Below, one piece after another: positions 21,697 through 35,700 of a DNA stretch of 64,000 nt (the first letter of the stretch is position 1; each line of letters opens with the position of its first letter). The DNA is from Antedon mediterranea. Lineage: Eukaryota > Animalia > Echinodermata. The position numbers and the translations under genes were made by a program. The notes beneath the pieces are model-generated. The model did no database searches. It saw only the letters and a list, made by a program, of their open reading frames with translations, and was not told the origin of the DNA. The DNA lies in contig NC_092672.1 in the NCBI RefSeq assembly GCF_964355755.1, forward strand, positions 4,340,001 to 4,404,000. The letters are read 5' to 3'.

Positions 21697-24600
21697 ATGT
21701 CGATCCAAACTTTAAATCCAAAAGCTGAGGTAGCTAGAGCTGCACAGGCCCTTGCTGTAAATATGAGTGCTGCTAGAGGACTTCAAGATGTACTAAAGAC
21801 AAACCTTGGTCCAAAAGGAACCATCAAAATGTAAGAATCACATACCACACATGGTTAGGCCTATTGCGGCCTCGGTTTATTTTTTGCTCGGGCGTTTTAG
21901 AGACTTTGCCCCGAGTGTCGTTTAGTGAAAATAGAAGCAGAGGCCTAGCCAACATTTAGGTTTTAATTATGAGCTGGGGTATTATATTAATATTATATTA
22001 TGTGCTGTCTAAAATAGGATTAAATAAATAACATTTTTATTTATAAATATATTATTTAATATTAATTGGCGTTTGTTTTTTAGGCATAAATTATTAAATT
22101 GAATAATAATAATATAATATTTTTTTTCTAATTATTTTTTTTGTAGGTTGGTTTCTGGTAGTGGTGATATTAAGCTAACGAAAGATGGCAATGTTCTTCT
22201 TCATGAAATGGTTAGTTAAAAAAGGGGGAAAAATGATTCTTTTTATTTTAATTTTATATATATACAGTATAATATAAACTGTCAATAGACAATATTCCTA
22301 TAATATACATAAAATCATGGGATATTAATTTTTTAACCGAGCAGGCAATCATATTGTTTAATTTATCTTTCCAGCAAATTCAACATCCTACAGCATCACT
22401 CATTGCAAAGGTTGCTACTGCACAAGATGACATCACAGGAGATGGGACGACATCAAACGTTCTCATCATTGGTGAACTATTAAAGCAGGCAGATCTTTAC
22501 ATTTCAGAAGTAATTCATTTTTGCTTTAAAGTACTGATTTCTGGGAGAAATTACTAATTTTTGCATATAATTTATTTTTTAAATAATTATGTTAATTTCA
22601 ATCTTTAAATCTTGAAACTTTAAAAAATGTATTATTAATTCTAATACTAAACAATAAATTGTGAACTTTAAAACATTTTTAACAAGTGATAAATATAAAT
22701 CAACATACATAATTTGCATTTTCTTACTATTGTCTACACGAAAAACAAAATTAATTCTTGTCACATGCAAACCCCTGAAAAACACAAACTTTGAATTGAT
22801 TGTACCAGAACCTGGCTTTAAAAATATATATATATTTTTTTACAGGGATTACATCCTCGCCTTATCACAGAAGGTTTTGACTTTGCTAAAGCTAAAGCAC
22901 TAGAGGTTCTTGAAAAGGTAAAGGTTACACGTGAAATCGACAGGGAAACACTAATCAATGTGGCGAAGACATCACTAAGGACCAAAGTGCATGCTGAGCT
23001 TGCAGATATACTCACAGAGGTAGGTATAGGTTAGCCTAGGTGGTGAATATTAAGTGCTCAACAATTTGGTTTGCTTTTTAATGCTCTGAATACAGTAGAA
23101 CTTCTCTTTTTGGACATTATTAAAAAGACACTGTAACACTGGCAAACCCCTATTCAGGGTACTTTCCTGGTTTCTTTAATAGGAGTGTTTTACTGCGTTC
23201 ATAATTTATAAACAAAAAGCATGAGAGATCTATGTGATCTCTCAATGTGTTTAAAAGCAACGTAAGTGATTTGACCAATCACAAGCGATAGACTATTCAA
23301 ACAGCCGCTTGTCATTGGTCAACTCGCTTGCGTTGTGTCTACATGCTTGTGTTACGTCTCAAACTCAAATATTTTTAGAGAATAAGAATCATTATTCATA
23401 AATTATGCATGAATAAATTGTTCAACCATATTTGGTAAATAAAATACATAACACTGCATTTTCTCCTTGAAGGTTGTGGTAGATGCAGTATTAGCCATCC
23501 GAAAGGAAAACGAGCCAATCGATCTGCACATGGTTGAGATAATGGAGATGCAACACAAGTCTGACATGGACACGACTCTTGTACGAGGACTGGTGATGGA
23601 TCATGGAGCACGCCATCCCGACATGAAAAAACGAGTCAGCGATGCATATATATTTACTTGTAATATTTCAATGGAGTATGAAAAAAGGTAAAAGAATGCT
23701 GTATTTTGTAAATGGGACTTTGCTCTTTTAAGAAATAATAAAAATAGTTCATTCTTATATAGCGCATATTAGCAAGTTTTCAATGCGCTGCACATTATCA
23801 CCCCGATCATTGAAACATACTCCCATAATGCAGCTAGTAATCAGTGCAAAGTTTTGTCTTTACCTAACCGATACCCATTTTATACACCTCGATGGAGAGA
23901 GGCAAACGTAAGTAAAGTATCTTGTCTAAGGATACAAGCAATGCGGCAAGATTTGGATTCGAACCACGATCTCACGATCAGTAAACCAGCGTCCAACACA
24001 CTACACCAAATGCCCTCACAATAAGGAAAAGACTTTGAAGAGCATTGAATTTTGTAGGTAAAATAGGTTGCCAGGATTTCTAGCCTAGAGCTCCCAATTT
24101 CTAAAATTATTCAATATTTCATTACAGTGAAGTAAATGCTGGTTTCTTCTACAAGTCAGCAGCAGAAAGAGAGAAACTTGTGCAAGCGGAAAGAAGCCAT
24201 ACCGATCAAAAAGTACAGAAGGTTATCGAATTCAAGAGATCCGTTTGTGAAGGCACAGACAAAGCATTTGTTATCATTAACCAAAAGGGCATTGACCCAC
24301 TGTCATTAGATATGTTAGCCAAAGAAGGGATCGTTGCATTAAGAAGAGCTAAAAGAAGGAACATGGAAAGGTAATATTTTGGAATTAGGTGTTTTTCATG
24401 GATACATGCGATCTCTAATTGAGAAAGAGTATTTAGTGTTCTTTAATTAAAGATGTATTGTCCCCAAAAACATTTGGCAGTTTTAATATTTATTCACTTC
24501 TGTAACAAACAGGGATGTCACCAGCTTTTTGGAGTGCCGGTCGCTAAAATAACGACAAATCCCCGGGGGGGGGGGGGGGACCCGGGGTTTCCCCGGGATA

Positions 24601-27600
24601 CCCCCCCCCCGGGGGGTTTGTCGTTATTTTAGCGAAACATAAAGAATTAAGAAAATAATAACAACAAATTGCGTCAGGTCTAGGCCTAACCTTGTACCAC
24701 CGGGGAGTCGCCGTTATTATTCGCGAAAACAAAAAAACGCTTACGAAATGAATAGCAATAGATCCTTATTTAGGCCTAATCCCTAATCAAATACTGTAGA
24801 TAAATTATTAGCCTAGACCTTACTACTTGTTGCTCGATATAATGTTCGTGTTCTTTTGCGCGAGAGTTTTTTAGCGTATTCGCGAATTCCGGATTTTTTG
24901 TTTCACAACACTGTTCGGCAAGCATGTAGTGCATGGCCGGCAAGAACAGACACGTGTTTATGGGTTAACTGAAGTTCAGCAACCTGAAGTTATCCCAGGG
25001 ACGTGTAATTATTGTACCATGCTCGGCGATCATAACCGAACGAACTTGCCCGGTCTCACTGAACCATGCGCATGTTTTTTTATTTTTTTTAATAGTTCGT
25101 AGAGTACAAAAATGTAAAACTAGTAACATAATATAATTAAAGCAGGGTGACAAAACATTCAGCAATTAAAAATGATTTTGTTTAGGTCTATGTATGTAGT
25201 TGTACATTTTTAATTACTGCGTACTTGTTTGTATTTTTAATCTGTGCAAAATAAAACGCTTGAATGGTCGCTATGTGAACTTTAAACTTGTACACTGTGC
25301 TGTGTAGCACGTTGTTCGCCATGACTCACAAGCTGTAACAATGAATACCAGGGCAGGGTAGGCCTGGTATTGTGTTACAAATAAATTAACGTACGTAACC
25401 ACGGAAACATTTGCTGTTCTGTAGTCTTTTGTCTTATCTATATGAGGCTAGCTTGTCTGTTATTAACGATGTGCTAGGTAAAATGTTTTAGTACGAATTT
25501 TAGTTAGGCCAGGCCTAATATAAATATCGTAATGATTAATAAATAAATAGTGGTGGTCGGCAGCCTGTAAATCCTGGTCGGAAATGTTGAGTGCTGGTCG
25601 GGGCCGACCAGCGCCGACCAGCGTGGTGACATCCCTGAACAAACAAAAACCCAAAAAATAATTATTTCACTTATAAAAGACAAAAGAAACGTTTAATTTT
25701 AACCAAAGACCATTGTCTGTTAGTATTTTTTGCTTTAGATGACATTTTTTTTCAGGTAAATAAAAAAATTTTTTCGATCCAGTTTTTGGTCAAAGTGAAT
25801 GCAATAACTATTATGTGACATTAAAATGACATTTTAAAAAAGAAAATGAAAAAAAAAAATTTTGTAATGGGACAATATATCTTTGAAGTATTTGTGCACA
25901 TATCTGTAATGATTTGATTGAACTATTATTATTGATTGTTTAATACTTAATAGCTCCCTCTATATTTCTTTCTATTTAGATTGACATTAGCTTGTGGAGG
26001 TATTGCCACAAACTCTGTAGAAGGCCTCACTAAAGAGTGCCTAGGCCACGCTGGATTGGTGTATGAGCATGTACTTGGTGAGGATAAGTACACATTCGTA
26101 GAAGAGTGTGCAAATCCGCAATCTGTTACCATTCTGATAAAAGGGCCAAATAAGCACACGCTCACTCAGGTGAAAGATGCAATCCATGATGGCTTAAGGG
26201 CTGTTAAGAACGCTATAGAAGATGGTAAGTATTTTTTAATCGAGAACCTAAAAAACAATTTCAGGGTAATTTTATTTTTTTTAATGCCAAATTTATTCTA
26301 CTACAATAACTACATTTTTTACATTGCAATTTAAACAGTGTGTATGTTTATCCAAAAACGCTTAAAAATTAAACAAAAAGTACTGTAGTTACTGCGATAA
26401 CTGCAGTAGAGTAATTTTGACATGGACGTGCGAGCAATTAAGCGGTGAAGATGATTAAAATATGCCTCGCGCATGTTTTTATTAGATTACATTAAAGATG
26501 TATTGTCCCCCAAAATCATGAAAAATAAAGATTTTTAAAATCGGACTTTGAATAGGCCATTTTGCAGTTTTAATGAAGTTGTTCACTTCCATAAGAAAAA
26601 AAATGGGGGAAAAAATTATTTCACCTATAAAAAGACAAAATAAACAGTTAAATTACCCAAAAACTCATTGTCTTCCAGACAATTTGACAATTTTTTGCTT
26701 TAAATTACATTTTTCTCAGGTAAATAAATTTTTTTGAGACCCAATTTTTGTGAGAGTGAATAACTATTATGTGACATTAAAATAACATATTCAACAAAAA
26801 AATTTAAAAAAATATTTTTTTAGGGGGACAATATATCTTTAAGGGCAGCAGACCTCTCATCAAGCATGTAACACTTTAATTATTTTTTCCTACAGGATCT
26901 GTTGTTCCTGGAGCTGGTGCATTTGAAATAGTCGTCCACGATGCGCTGGTAAAGTACAAAGATTCGGTCAAAGGTCGTGCTAAGCTTGGTGTTCAAGCGT
27001 ACGCAGATGCAATGCTAGTGGTACCAAAAGTCCTGGCTCAGAACTCTGGTTTTGATCCTCAAGAAACGATGGTAAAACTTCAGGAAGAGTATGCTGAAGC
27101 AGGCCAACCTGTAGGAGTTGACATCAGTTCAGGTAATGAGCAACGGAGTAAAGAGAATTTTTACAATCTTTCAAATACATTCACAAAAAACAAATATGTC
27201 GTACATTTTTTCGTAAATCGTAATTTTTGACAAATGTTTGCATATATTTTTACTAAACAAAATAAGTTTTCGATATATTTTATTACCTTTTGCATTGAAT
27301 CAACAATATGATTATAATATAAATAAGTAAATGATTTATGGATGGTGTCCTCAATATTTTTATATCAAACATAATACGGTTTTTGTAATTTATTTGTAAG
27401 CTTTTGATACCTCCCTACTGTCAATCACACCAAGTTTTCTAAGATTAACCATACTTTATTTCATATTTGGTAGGTGAAGCACTGGTAGCGGCAGATGCTG
27501 GTATATGGGACAACTATTGTGTCAAAAAACAAATTCTCCACTCGTGGTAAGATGAATGATAATTTCACTTTGAATGTACTCTATGTATTTTAACATTTTA

Positions 27601-27833
27601 ATGCCCACTACAGATGGTTTTATGGAGATAAAATCTCTCTTAAATCAACAGTTGCTAGGCTTCAAGTAAAGCACCAATTGCTAGGCTTCAAGTAAAGCAA
27701 TTTTCTAAATTAATTGCTAAATATAAAATTATTAATTTATGTATTCTGATTTAATTTCAGTACGGTGATTGCCAGTAATCTACTTTTAGTCGACGAGATT
27801 ATGCGTGCTGGTCTGTCTTCTCTAAAAGGATAG
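21697..27833 (+). CDS. CCT6: T-complex protein 1 subunit zeta (530 aa, 10 coding exons)
   Basis: Exons 21697-21830, 22147-22210, 22375-22509, 22846-23019, 23473-23687, 24128-24370, 25980-26224, 26896-27132, 27474-27546, 27761-27833 (1593 nt). Motifs [53 protein letters not shown]. Confidence 0.97.
23755..24018 (-). mobile_element. tRNA-derived SINE in CCT6 intron 5
   Basis: Minus strand has a tRNA-like head (TGGTGTAGTGTG A-box-like, GGTTCGAATCC B box), a conserved TATAAAATGGGTA central motif and an L2-like GCGCTATATAAG tail. Confidence 0.7.
24510..25637. mobile_element. hAT-like non-autonomous DNA transposon nested in a Kolobok-like MITE (about 24447-25886) in CCT6 intron 6
   Basis: Perfect 14-bp TIR CAGGGATGTCACCA / TGGTGACATCCCTG with AACAAA duplicated on both sides. 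Host MITE ends are TTAAAGATGTATTGTCCCC / GGGACAATATATCTTTGAA. Confidence 0.8.
26492..26842. mobile_element. Kolobok-like MITE (TTAA TSD), uninterrupted copy
   Basis: TTAA|AGATGTATTGTCCCC ... GGGGACAATATATCT|TTAA; the body is similar to the split copy in intron 6. Confidence 0.8.
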
Positions 27834-28024
27834 ATTAAAATTTAAAAAAATTTTTTTTTTTATCATTATGCTGTTCGGCTGGTTCTTCCTGTATGTGTAA
27901 TTGGCTCGGCTTAGCTATGAACGAATAAATCCTGAAACCAAAAAATATTCAAATAGTTCTGCTCAAATCTTAGATGGACTTACCTTTGGCTCTGCAGTTT
28001 GAGTGTTGAGACACAAATAAGTTC

Positions 28025-28272
28025 TGTCAACTCTCCCAATACCAGACACCTTTGGGCTGGCCTAATATGTTTCTGAAAAGTCTGGTATTCAAAATGTGTT
28101 TTTAACTATGCCTTAATGGTAAAAAAGAATTTGAACTGCAAGAAAAGAATGGTTTTAGGAGAATTTCCGGTATTGGGAGAGTTTCCAGTATTGGGAGAGT
28201 TTCCGGTATTGGAGAGTTTCCGGTATTGGGACAGTTTCTGGTATTGGGAGAGTTGCTGTTGGTTGACAACTG
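28025..28272. repeat. pogo/Tigger-like MITE remnant with an 18-bp tandem expansion (GGTATTGGGAGAGTTTCC, about 5 copies)
   Basis: Repeat at 28158-28252; the inverted counterpart CAACTCTCCCAATACC is at about 28028. Confidence 0.6.
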
Positions 28273-29737
28273 AATAAAATAAAATAAAATAAAAATAAAA
28301 TAAACTTATACATAATTGTCTGCCTTTGCTTGGTTGATGCTGATGAGGTTAGCCAATGGTTATCCACCCTGTACAGGTGAAAATGTATATCCATCAAACA
28401 GCATTTACAAATTTAATCAAATCGATGAAATAATAAATAAAACCTGAATGTGATAAAAACATGTTTTTCTTTCAACGCGAGCTAGCAAATTGTACAGTAC
28501 CTTCTGTCTGTGAAATAATGCTTTTGCCCATACAACAAGCATTCAAATTAGAGTTAAGTATTTGTGGTTATGTTGTGTGTAGGAATTATTAGGCTATTAT
28601 TCAGAGGGTGGGAGATGGAGGAGCGCTCTGGGAAAGGATGAAATATTTCTCCATCCATATACCCCATTCTCTTTGTAGATGTCATTTGTGTATACTTATA
28701 ACTCCATACTGTAATAAGTTATTTGTTATAAATAATTAAATTCTTTTTTGTATTACAAATAAAAATTAGCCTGCAAATGCAGAGTGTGGTTTTATTTTTG
28801 GTTTCATTGTTGATGTAAATTTTCAACTTCTAGTTTGGTTGAAGTTTGTGATTTATGTCCGATACCAGGATTATTATTATAAACGATAACAAACAGCTTT
28901 AGAGTATAATGTGTGTGCTATTGGTTCAAACAATCTCGAATGAAATATTTTATTTATTTTTCTTCAACAAATCTTTATATACGATTTTATAAAGACATTG
29001 ATAAAGCACTAATCATGCAAGAGATCAGGTTATATAATGACAGTAGGACATCCAAAACAAATTCTTTATTATAAATTCATTAATGCATTCATAAATTATG
29101 AATGCAGTTGTCTTATTGAACTGAGATTACGTTTACTTAAAAAACCAAATATGAAAAAATAAAAAAATTTCTATTTTCAAATTTAATTAGGTTTCAAGAG
29201 ATGTTGAAAGACATTTTTTTAAGGAGGGTTTATCCAGGCGACGTTAATAATGTCCCATAGTCAATAGTCAGTCAATATTGACTGGATTAAATTTATCTAC
29301 AAAACGAAATCAGTCAAGCGTATCGTATCCTTGTTTATGTCCCATTTCGAGCAGCAGCAGCCAGTTGAGAAGCAGGTCTCGTGTAAGTTAGACAGGATAT
29401 TTCAATTTCATTCAAGGTACAGTAAATATTTGTTGTTTGATTCAATAAGTAGTTTGTTCAGCGTGGTTTAGTATGCAGGTACATAGATGAAGACAAGATT
29501 CTTATATGTTATCCTCCTGACAAGAGAAAGCCGAGGCGCCCAGCTAGGCCTGTGAGTGAGTGTGATTGAATCAATAGATGGGGAGCAGGTAAGGTGGTAC
29601 GAAAGGTTGAGGTGTGGTCACCCTACACTATAGGGATTTTAAAGGGGAAGTCATGTCAGTGGGTATTTACAGGGAACGGCCTTTTTTATTTCAATAAGTC
29701 TTTTTTTTATTCACCAGGCTATCATTAATCATAGATA

Positions 29738-32700
29738 ATGAATGCTGAACAAGATAATCAGACACCTCCTCCAGCAGAACAACAGCCACAACCTGCTGAA
29801 GAAGGAGCCAACCCACCACCACCTACTGGAGCATATCCTCAAGGATACGGAGCCCCTCCCCCACAACAACCTGGAGCCCCTCCCCCACAACAACCTGGAG
29901 CCTACCCACCGACTGGAGCACAACCTGAAGGATACGGAGCCCCTCCCCCGCAACAACTTGGAGCCTACCCACCGACTGGAGCCCCACCTCAAGAATATGG
30001 AGCCCCTCCCCCACAAAAACCTGGAGCTTACCCACCGACTGGAGCACCACCTCAAGGATACGGAGCCCCTCCCCCACAACAACCTGGAGCCTACCCACCG
30101 ACTGGAGCACAACCTCAAGGATACGGAGCTCCAGCCCCTCAACAACCTGGAGCCTACCCACCCACTGGAGCCCCACCTCAAGGATATGGAGCTCCTCCCC
30201 CTCAAAATGGTGCTCCACCACCGCAGGGTCAGACTGACCTTCCACAACAAGCAGGTTAGCCAGACTGACCAGATTTATTACATACATTAATTAATACATT
30301 TTTTCTAATTCACTTAAAAACCTACTAAATTAAACTATACTGTATTTTTTATACAAAATTTAAATACATTTTTAAATACCACAAAACTTGTATTATTGTT
30401 GCAGTTCATTATTTAAATGGAGTTGTATTGTCAGTAAACAATGATGTATATTGTGTGGTTTGTTGACTGTCACAAAAACTTTTTTTAATATTGAGGATTT
30501 CCGATTTTCTTTTCTTCCTTGTTTCCTTCCTGAATATTTCAGAGTACTGTAGTAAGGTCGTTAACCTTTTCGTTGTGGGAAAATAAAGCATCGGATGATA
30601 TAGAAAAAAGAGTGATTGATTTAGTTAGATTGTAAAGACCCCTTCCCTGCAATTTTGGACGTTTTTTGGAAAATAATACATATATATCACTTTAAAAACA
30701 TTAAACCATGTCATTCCTTGTCTTAAATGTACGTTTTATGGTAAATTATGATAAAAAGTGAGAAACAATGCACTACCTAAGTAGCTCGCGGCGATCGACC
30801 TCTCGTGAACGGTCTTAGGCCTAGCCTAGCTAGGCTTAGTTTTGTAGGCCTAGCTGGTAAACATCGGTAACGTACGAACATCGTACGCGAGATATATACC
30901 TAGCCTGACGTTGTATAGTTGCTGCATTAATTGTCTTTCTATTTTTGCCAGACTCCGTTGATACAAATTGGGGAAAACCCGGTATTTTCGCTGAAAAGTT
31001 AGGAGTCTTCCATTTGTTTTGGCCTCACGATCGATCGAAAAGTGGGCGAATTACAGGTGAAAAACAAAAATATCAATCCGCGCGCAATGCATTTTGGGAT
31101 TTATAGCGGGCCGCTATAATTATTAGAATCGACTTATTTTTCACATTTTTAACCGTTTAAAGACGAAAAAAGTTATCGCAATAGGACCATATAGTATTAT
31201 TTTTACATTGAATATAGTTTGTGATCTTAAATTAGATCTAAAAAACGTAGGGAATGGGGCTTTAGATTATTTGAAACTAAACAATATTTTCAAATTACAT
31301 AGAAAAGTGTGGGAGTTGATGTACCCTGTATGTATTTATCAGTCGACAGGTATATAAAATATACCAAATTGGCTAGTTGAGAATTCTCAACTATTACCGC
31401 AGTACGCCTGTAACGACGAAGCCTACCGGTATAATGGGATAGGCTGATTTCCTTGTTAACTTAAGGGGTCATTTAATTACTGAATTATGATTGGTAGTAA
31501 AGGAAATTTACTGGAATCCTATTGGATGGTAAGGTGGTAGTAGGACCATGTCCATCCCATTGCAGTAATAAAGTTGAGCCACCTGCGACCATTACAATGT
31601 CCTACCATGCTAATGTAGGAGTGGGGAAATGTTATGCTTACTACTGTTTCTTTTAATAATTTAGTACAATTAATAAGAATAAAGAATACACTTAACAATA
31701 TACAACAAATAACATTAATGTACGATGTAGTTTAACACTGTTCTCAACTATAGTCATTTTGGTATACTTGAGCACATTGATAAAGAATAGGATAAACTTA
31801 ACAATATACAACAAATAACATTAATGTACGATCCCGTTTAACACTGTTCTCAACTATAGTCATTTTGGTATACTTGAGCACAGTGATAAAGAATAGGATA
31901 AACTTAACAATATACAACAACAATGTACGATCCCGTTTAACACTGTTCTCAACTATAGTCATTTTGGTATACTTGAGCACAGTGATAAAGAATAGGATAA
32001 ACTTAACAATATACAACAAAAAAACATTAATGTACGATCCAGTTTAACACTGTTCTCAACTATAGTCATTTTGGTATACTTGAGAACAGTTATAAAGAAT
32101 AGGATAAACTTAACAATATACAACAAAAAACATTAATGTACGATCCAGTTTAACACTGTTCTCAACTATAGTCATTTTGGTATACTTGAGAACAGTGATA
32201 AAGAATAGGATAAACTTAACAATATACAACAAAAAACATTAATGTACGATCCCGTTTAACACTGTTCTCAACTATAGTCATTTTGGTATACTTGAGCACA
32301 GTGATAAAGAATAGGATAACCTTAAAAATATACAACAAAAACATTAATGTACGATCCAGTTTAACACTGTTCTCAACTATAGTTATTTTGGTATACTTGA
32401 GAACAGTGATAAAGAATAGGATAAACTTAACAATATACAACAAAAAACATTAATGTACGATCCAGTTTAACACTGTTCTCAACTATAGTCATTTTGGTAT
32501 ACTTGAGCACAGTGATAAAGAATAGGATAAACTTAAAAATATACAACAAAAAACATTAATGTACGATCCAGTTTAATACTGTTCTCAACTATAGTTATTT
32601 TGGTATACTTGAGAACAGTGATAAAGAATAGGATAAACTTAACAATATACAACAAAAAACGTACATTAATGTACGATCCCGTTTAACACTGTTCTCGACT

Positions 32701-35700
32701 ATAGTCATTTTGGTATACTTGAGCACAGTGATAAAGAATAGGATAAACTTAACAATATACAACAAAAAACATTAATGTACGATCCCGTTTAACACTGTTC
32801 TCAACTATAGTCATTTTGGTATACTTGAGCACAGTGATAAAGAATAGGATAAACTTAATAATATACAACAAATAACATTAATGTACGATCCAGTTTACCA
32901 CTGTTCTCAACTATAGTCATTTTGGTATACTTGAGCACAGTGATAAAGAATAGGATAAACTTAACAATATACAACAAAAAACATTAATGTACGATCCCGT
33001 TTACCACTGTTCTCAACTATAGTCATTTTGGTATACTTGAGCACAATATACAACAAATAACATTAATGTACACGATTCTGTTTAACACTGTTCTCAACTA
33101 TAGTCATTTTCATATACTTGAGCACAGTGATAATATGAAAAACATAATAACACTATAATATTTGTAGATGAATGACGCGGACACATACATATGTTCATAA
33201 GTAATTGATATAAATTGACTTTTAAAAGTGGAATTAACACAAATGATTGTAGATAAATATGACGTGAATTGCACGTACACAATGTTGATGAGTAGTATAT
33301 TTATATAAATCGACTTTGAAAAGTGAAATAACATTAATATTTGTAGATGAATATGACGTGGACACGTACATATATTGATTAGTATATTGATATAAATCGA
33401 CTTTTAAAAGTCAAATTAACACTAATATTTGTAGATGAATATGACTTGGACACGATTTACATATGTTGATGAGTATATTGATATAAATCGACTTTTAAAA
33501 GTGAAATAACACTAATATTTGTAGATGAATATGACGTGGACACGTACGGTACATAATGTTGATGAGTATATTGATATAAATCGACTTTTAAAAGTGAAAT
33601 AACACTATTGATTGTAGATGAATATGACGTGGACAAGTACATTTATTGATGAGTATATTGATATAAATCGACTTTTAAAAGTGAAATAATCCTATTAGTT
33701 GTACACTATTGATCATATATGAATATGACGTGAATTGCACGTACATATGTTGATGAGTAGGCCTATATTGATATAATTGACTTCGAAAAGTGAAATAACA
33801 CTGATTTGTAAATGAATATGACGTGGACAAGTACATTTATTGATGAGTATATTGATAAATCGACTTTTAAAAGTGAAATAACACTAATATTTATAGATGA
33901 ATATGACGTGGACACGTACATATGTTGATGAGTATATTGATATAAATCGACTTTTAAAAGAGGAATTAACACTATTGATTGTAGACGTGAATTGCACGTA
34001 CATATGTTGATGAGTGTATTGATATAAATCGACTAAACGTTAAATAACACTATCTTGTACAAGTACCCTCACTTGCACTGATGAAGGGCTAGTGTTGCCC
34101 GAAAACTCTGCTAACTTTTCTGGCTGTTTTACTTTATCGTTTTGATTTAGCTTTTCGCTTCTTTTTTTGTATCTCCATTGAGACCACAGCATTGTTATTA
34201 TTTCAGTATTTTGCCTTTGGATTTACTAATATTAAAAGTGAAATAACACTAATGACTGTAGATGATATGACATTTATGTTGATGTATATATTTTTGTATA
34301 TATAATATGCACACGTACATACGTTGATAGGTATTGATATAAATAGATTTATAAAAGTACGGTAATAGACACTTTATTTGTAGATGAATACGACATGGAC
34401 AAGTTGTAATAAATTCTATCGTTATATCGTATGTTGATGAGTATTGATATAAATCGACTTTTTTAAAGTGGAATAACACTAAAATGTATAGATGGATAGG
34501 CCTCAACAAGTATTGTATTAAGCGGTACTGTATATTGATAGACTTCATACCTGTAATGTCAATGAAATCTGGCAACAAGAATTGTGTTTGATCCTCCTAA
34601 TAGTATTCTAATAATCTTGGTTTGTAAAGGAGGCATGAAAAATCTAAACGCATAGCCAGGGGAGGGGTTGGAGTTTCGAACAAACTTCCCTGTGCCCGTC
34701 CTACGGTTTTTGTGAACTTTTTAGTAGCGTGCAAACGCGACTCTACAGCTCACTATGTCGATCGGTCGGTCGGTAAACACCAACTCAAATTTGAGCACGC
34801 GACTGCAGCCATGTATAGGCCTATGGCCTGTTTATACTAGAAATCAGCAGTGAAAGTATATGTAAATAATATGTGTTAATATAGAATTAGTTTTTTTTAT
34901 TTAATAAATAGTATTAAAGTTGATCTTATTCTTTATCTGTGATTAATTATACTCAAATGACTATAGTTTAAAACAGTATTAAACGGCATCTTACATTAAT
35001 GTTATTTGCTGTTTATTCGAAGTTTATCCTATTCTTTATCACTGTGCTCAAATATACCAAAATGACTATAGTTGAGAACAGTGTTAAACTGGATCGTACA
35101 TTAATGTTATTTGTTGTATATTGTTAAGTTTATCCTATTCTTTATCACTGTGCTCAAGTATACCAAAATGACTATAGTTTAGAACAGGGTTAAACTGGAT
35201 CGTACACATTAATGTTATTTGTTGTATATTGTTAAGTTTATCCTATTCTTTATCACTGTGCTCAAGTATACCAAAATGACTATAGTCGAGAACAGTGTTA
35301 AACGGGATCATACATTAATGTTATTTGTTGTATAATGTTAAGTTTATCATATTCTTTATCACTGTTCTCAAGTATCCAAAATGACTATAGTTGAGAACAG
35401 TGTTAAACTGGATCGTACATTAATGCTATTTGTTGTATATTGTTAAGTTTATCCTATTCTTTATCACTGTGCTCAAGTATACCAAAATGACTATAGTCGA
35501 GAACAGTGTTAAACGGGATCGTACATTAATGTTATTTGTTGTATATTGTTAAGTTTATCCTATTCTTTATCACTGTGCTCAAGTATACCAAAATGACTAT
35601 AGTCGAGAACAGTGTTAAACGGGATCGTACATTAATGTACGTTTTTTGTTGTATATTGTTAAGTTTATCCTATTCTTTATCACTGTTCTCAAGTATACCA

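Noticed and set aside
23220-23247. CATGAGAGATC...GATCTCTCAATG near-palindrome as another P-type footprint
   Set aside because: No flanking 7-bp duplication.
29729-30290. Three extra overlapping ORFs (173, 182, 154 aa) over the PGAY exon
   Set aside because: Stop-free alternative frames are expected in a 63-bp GC-rich repeat; only the 29738 frame has a splice donor in phase with the SSUH2 exons.
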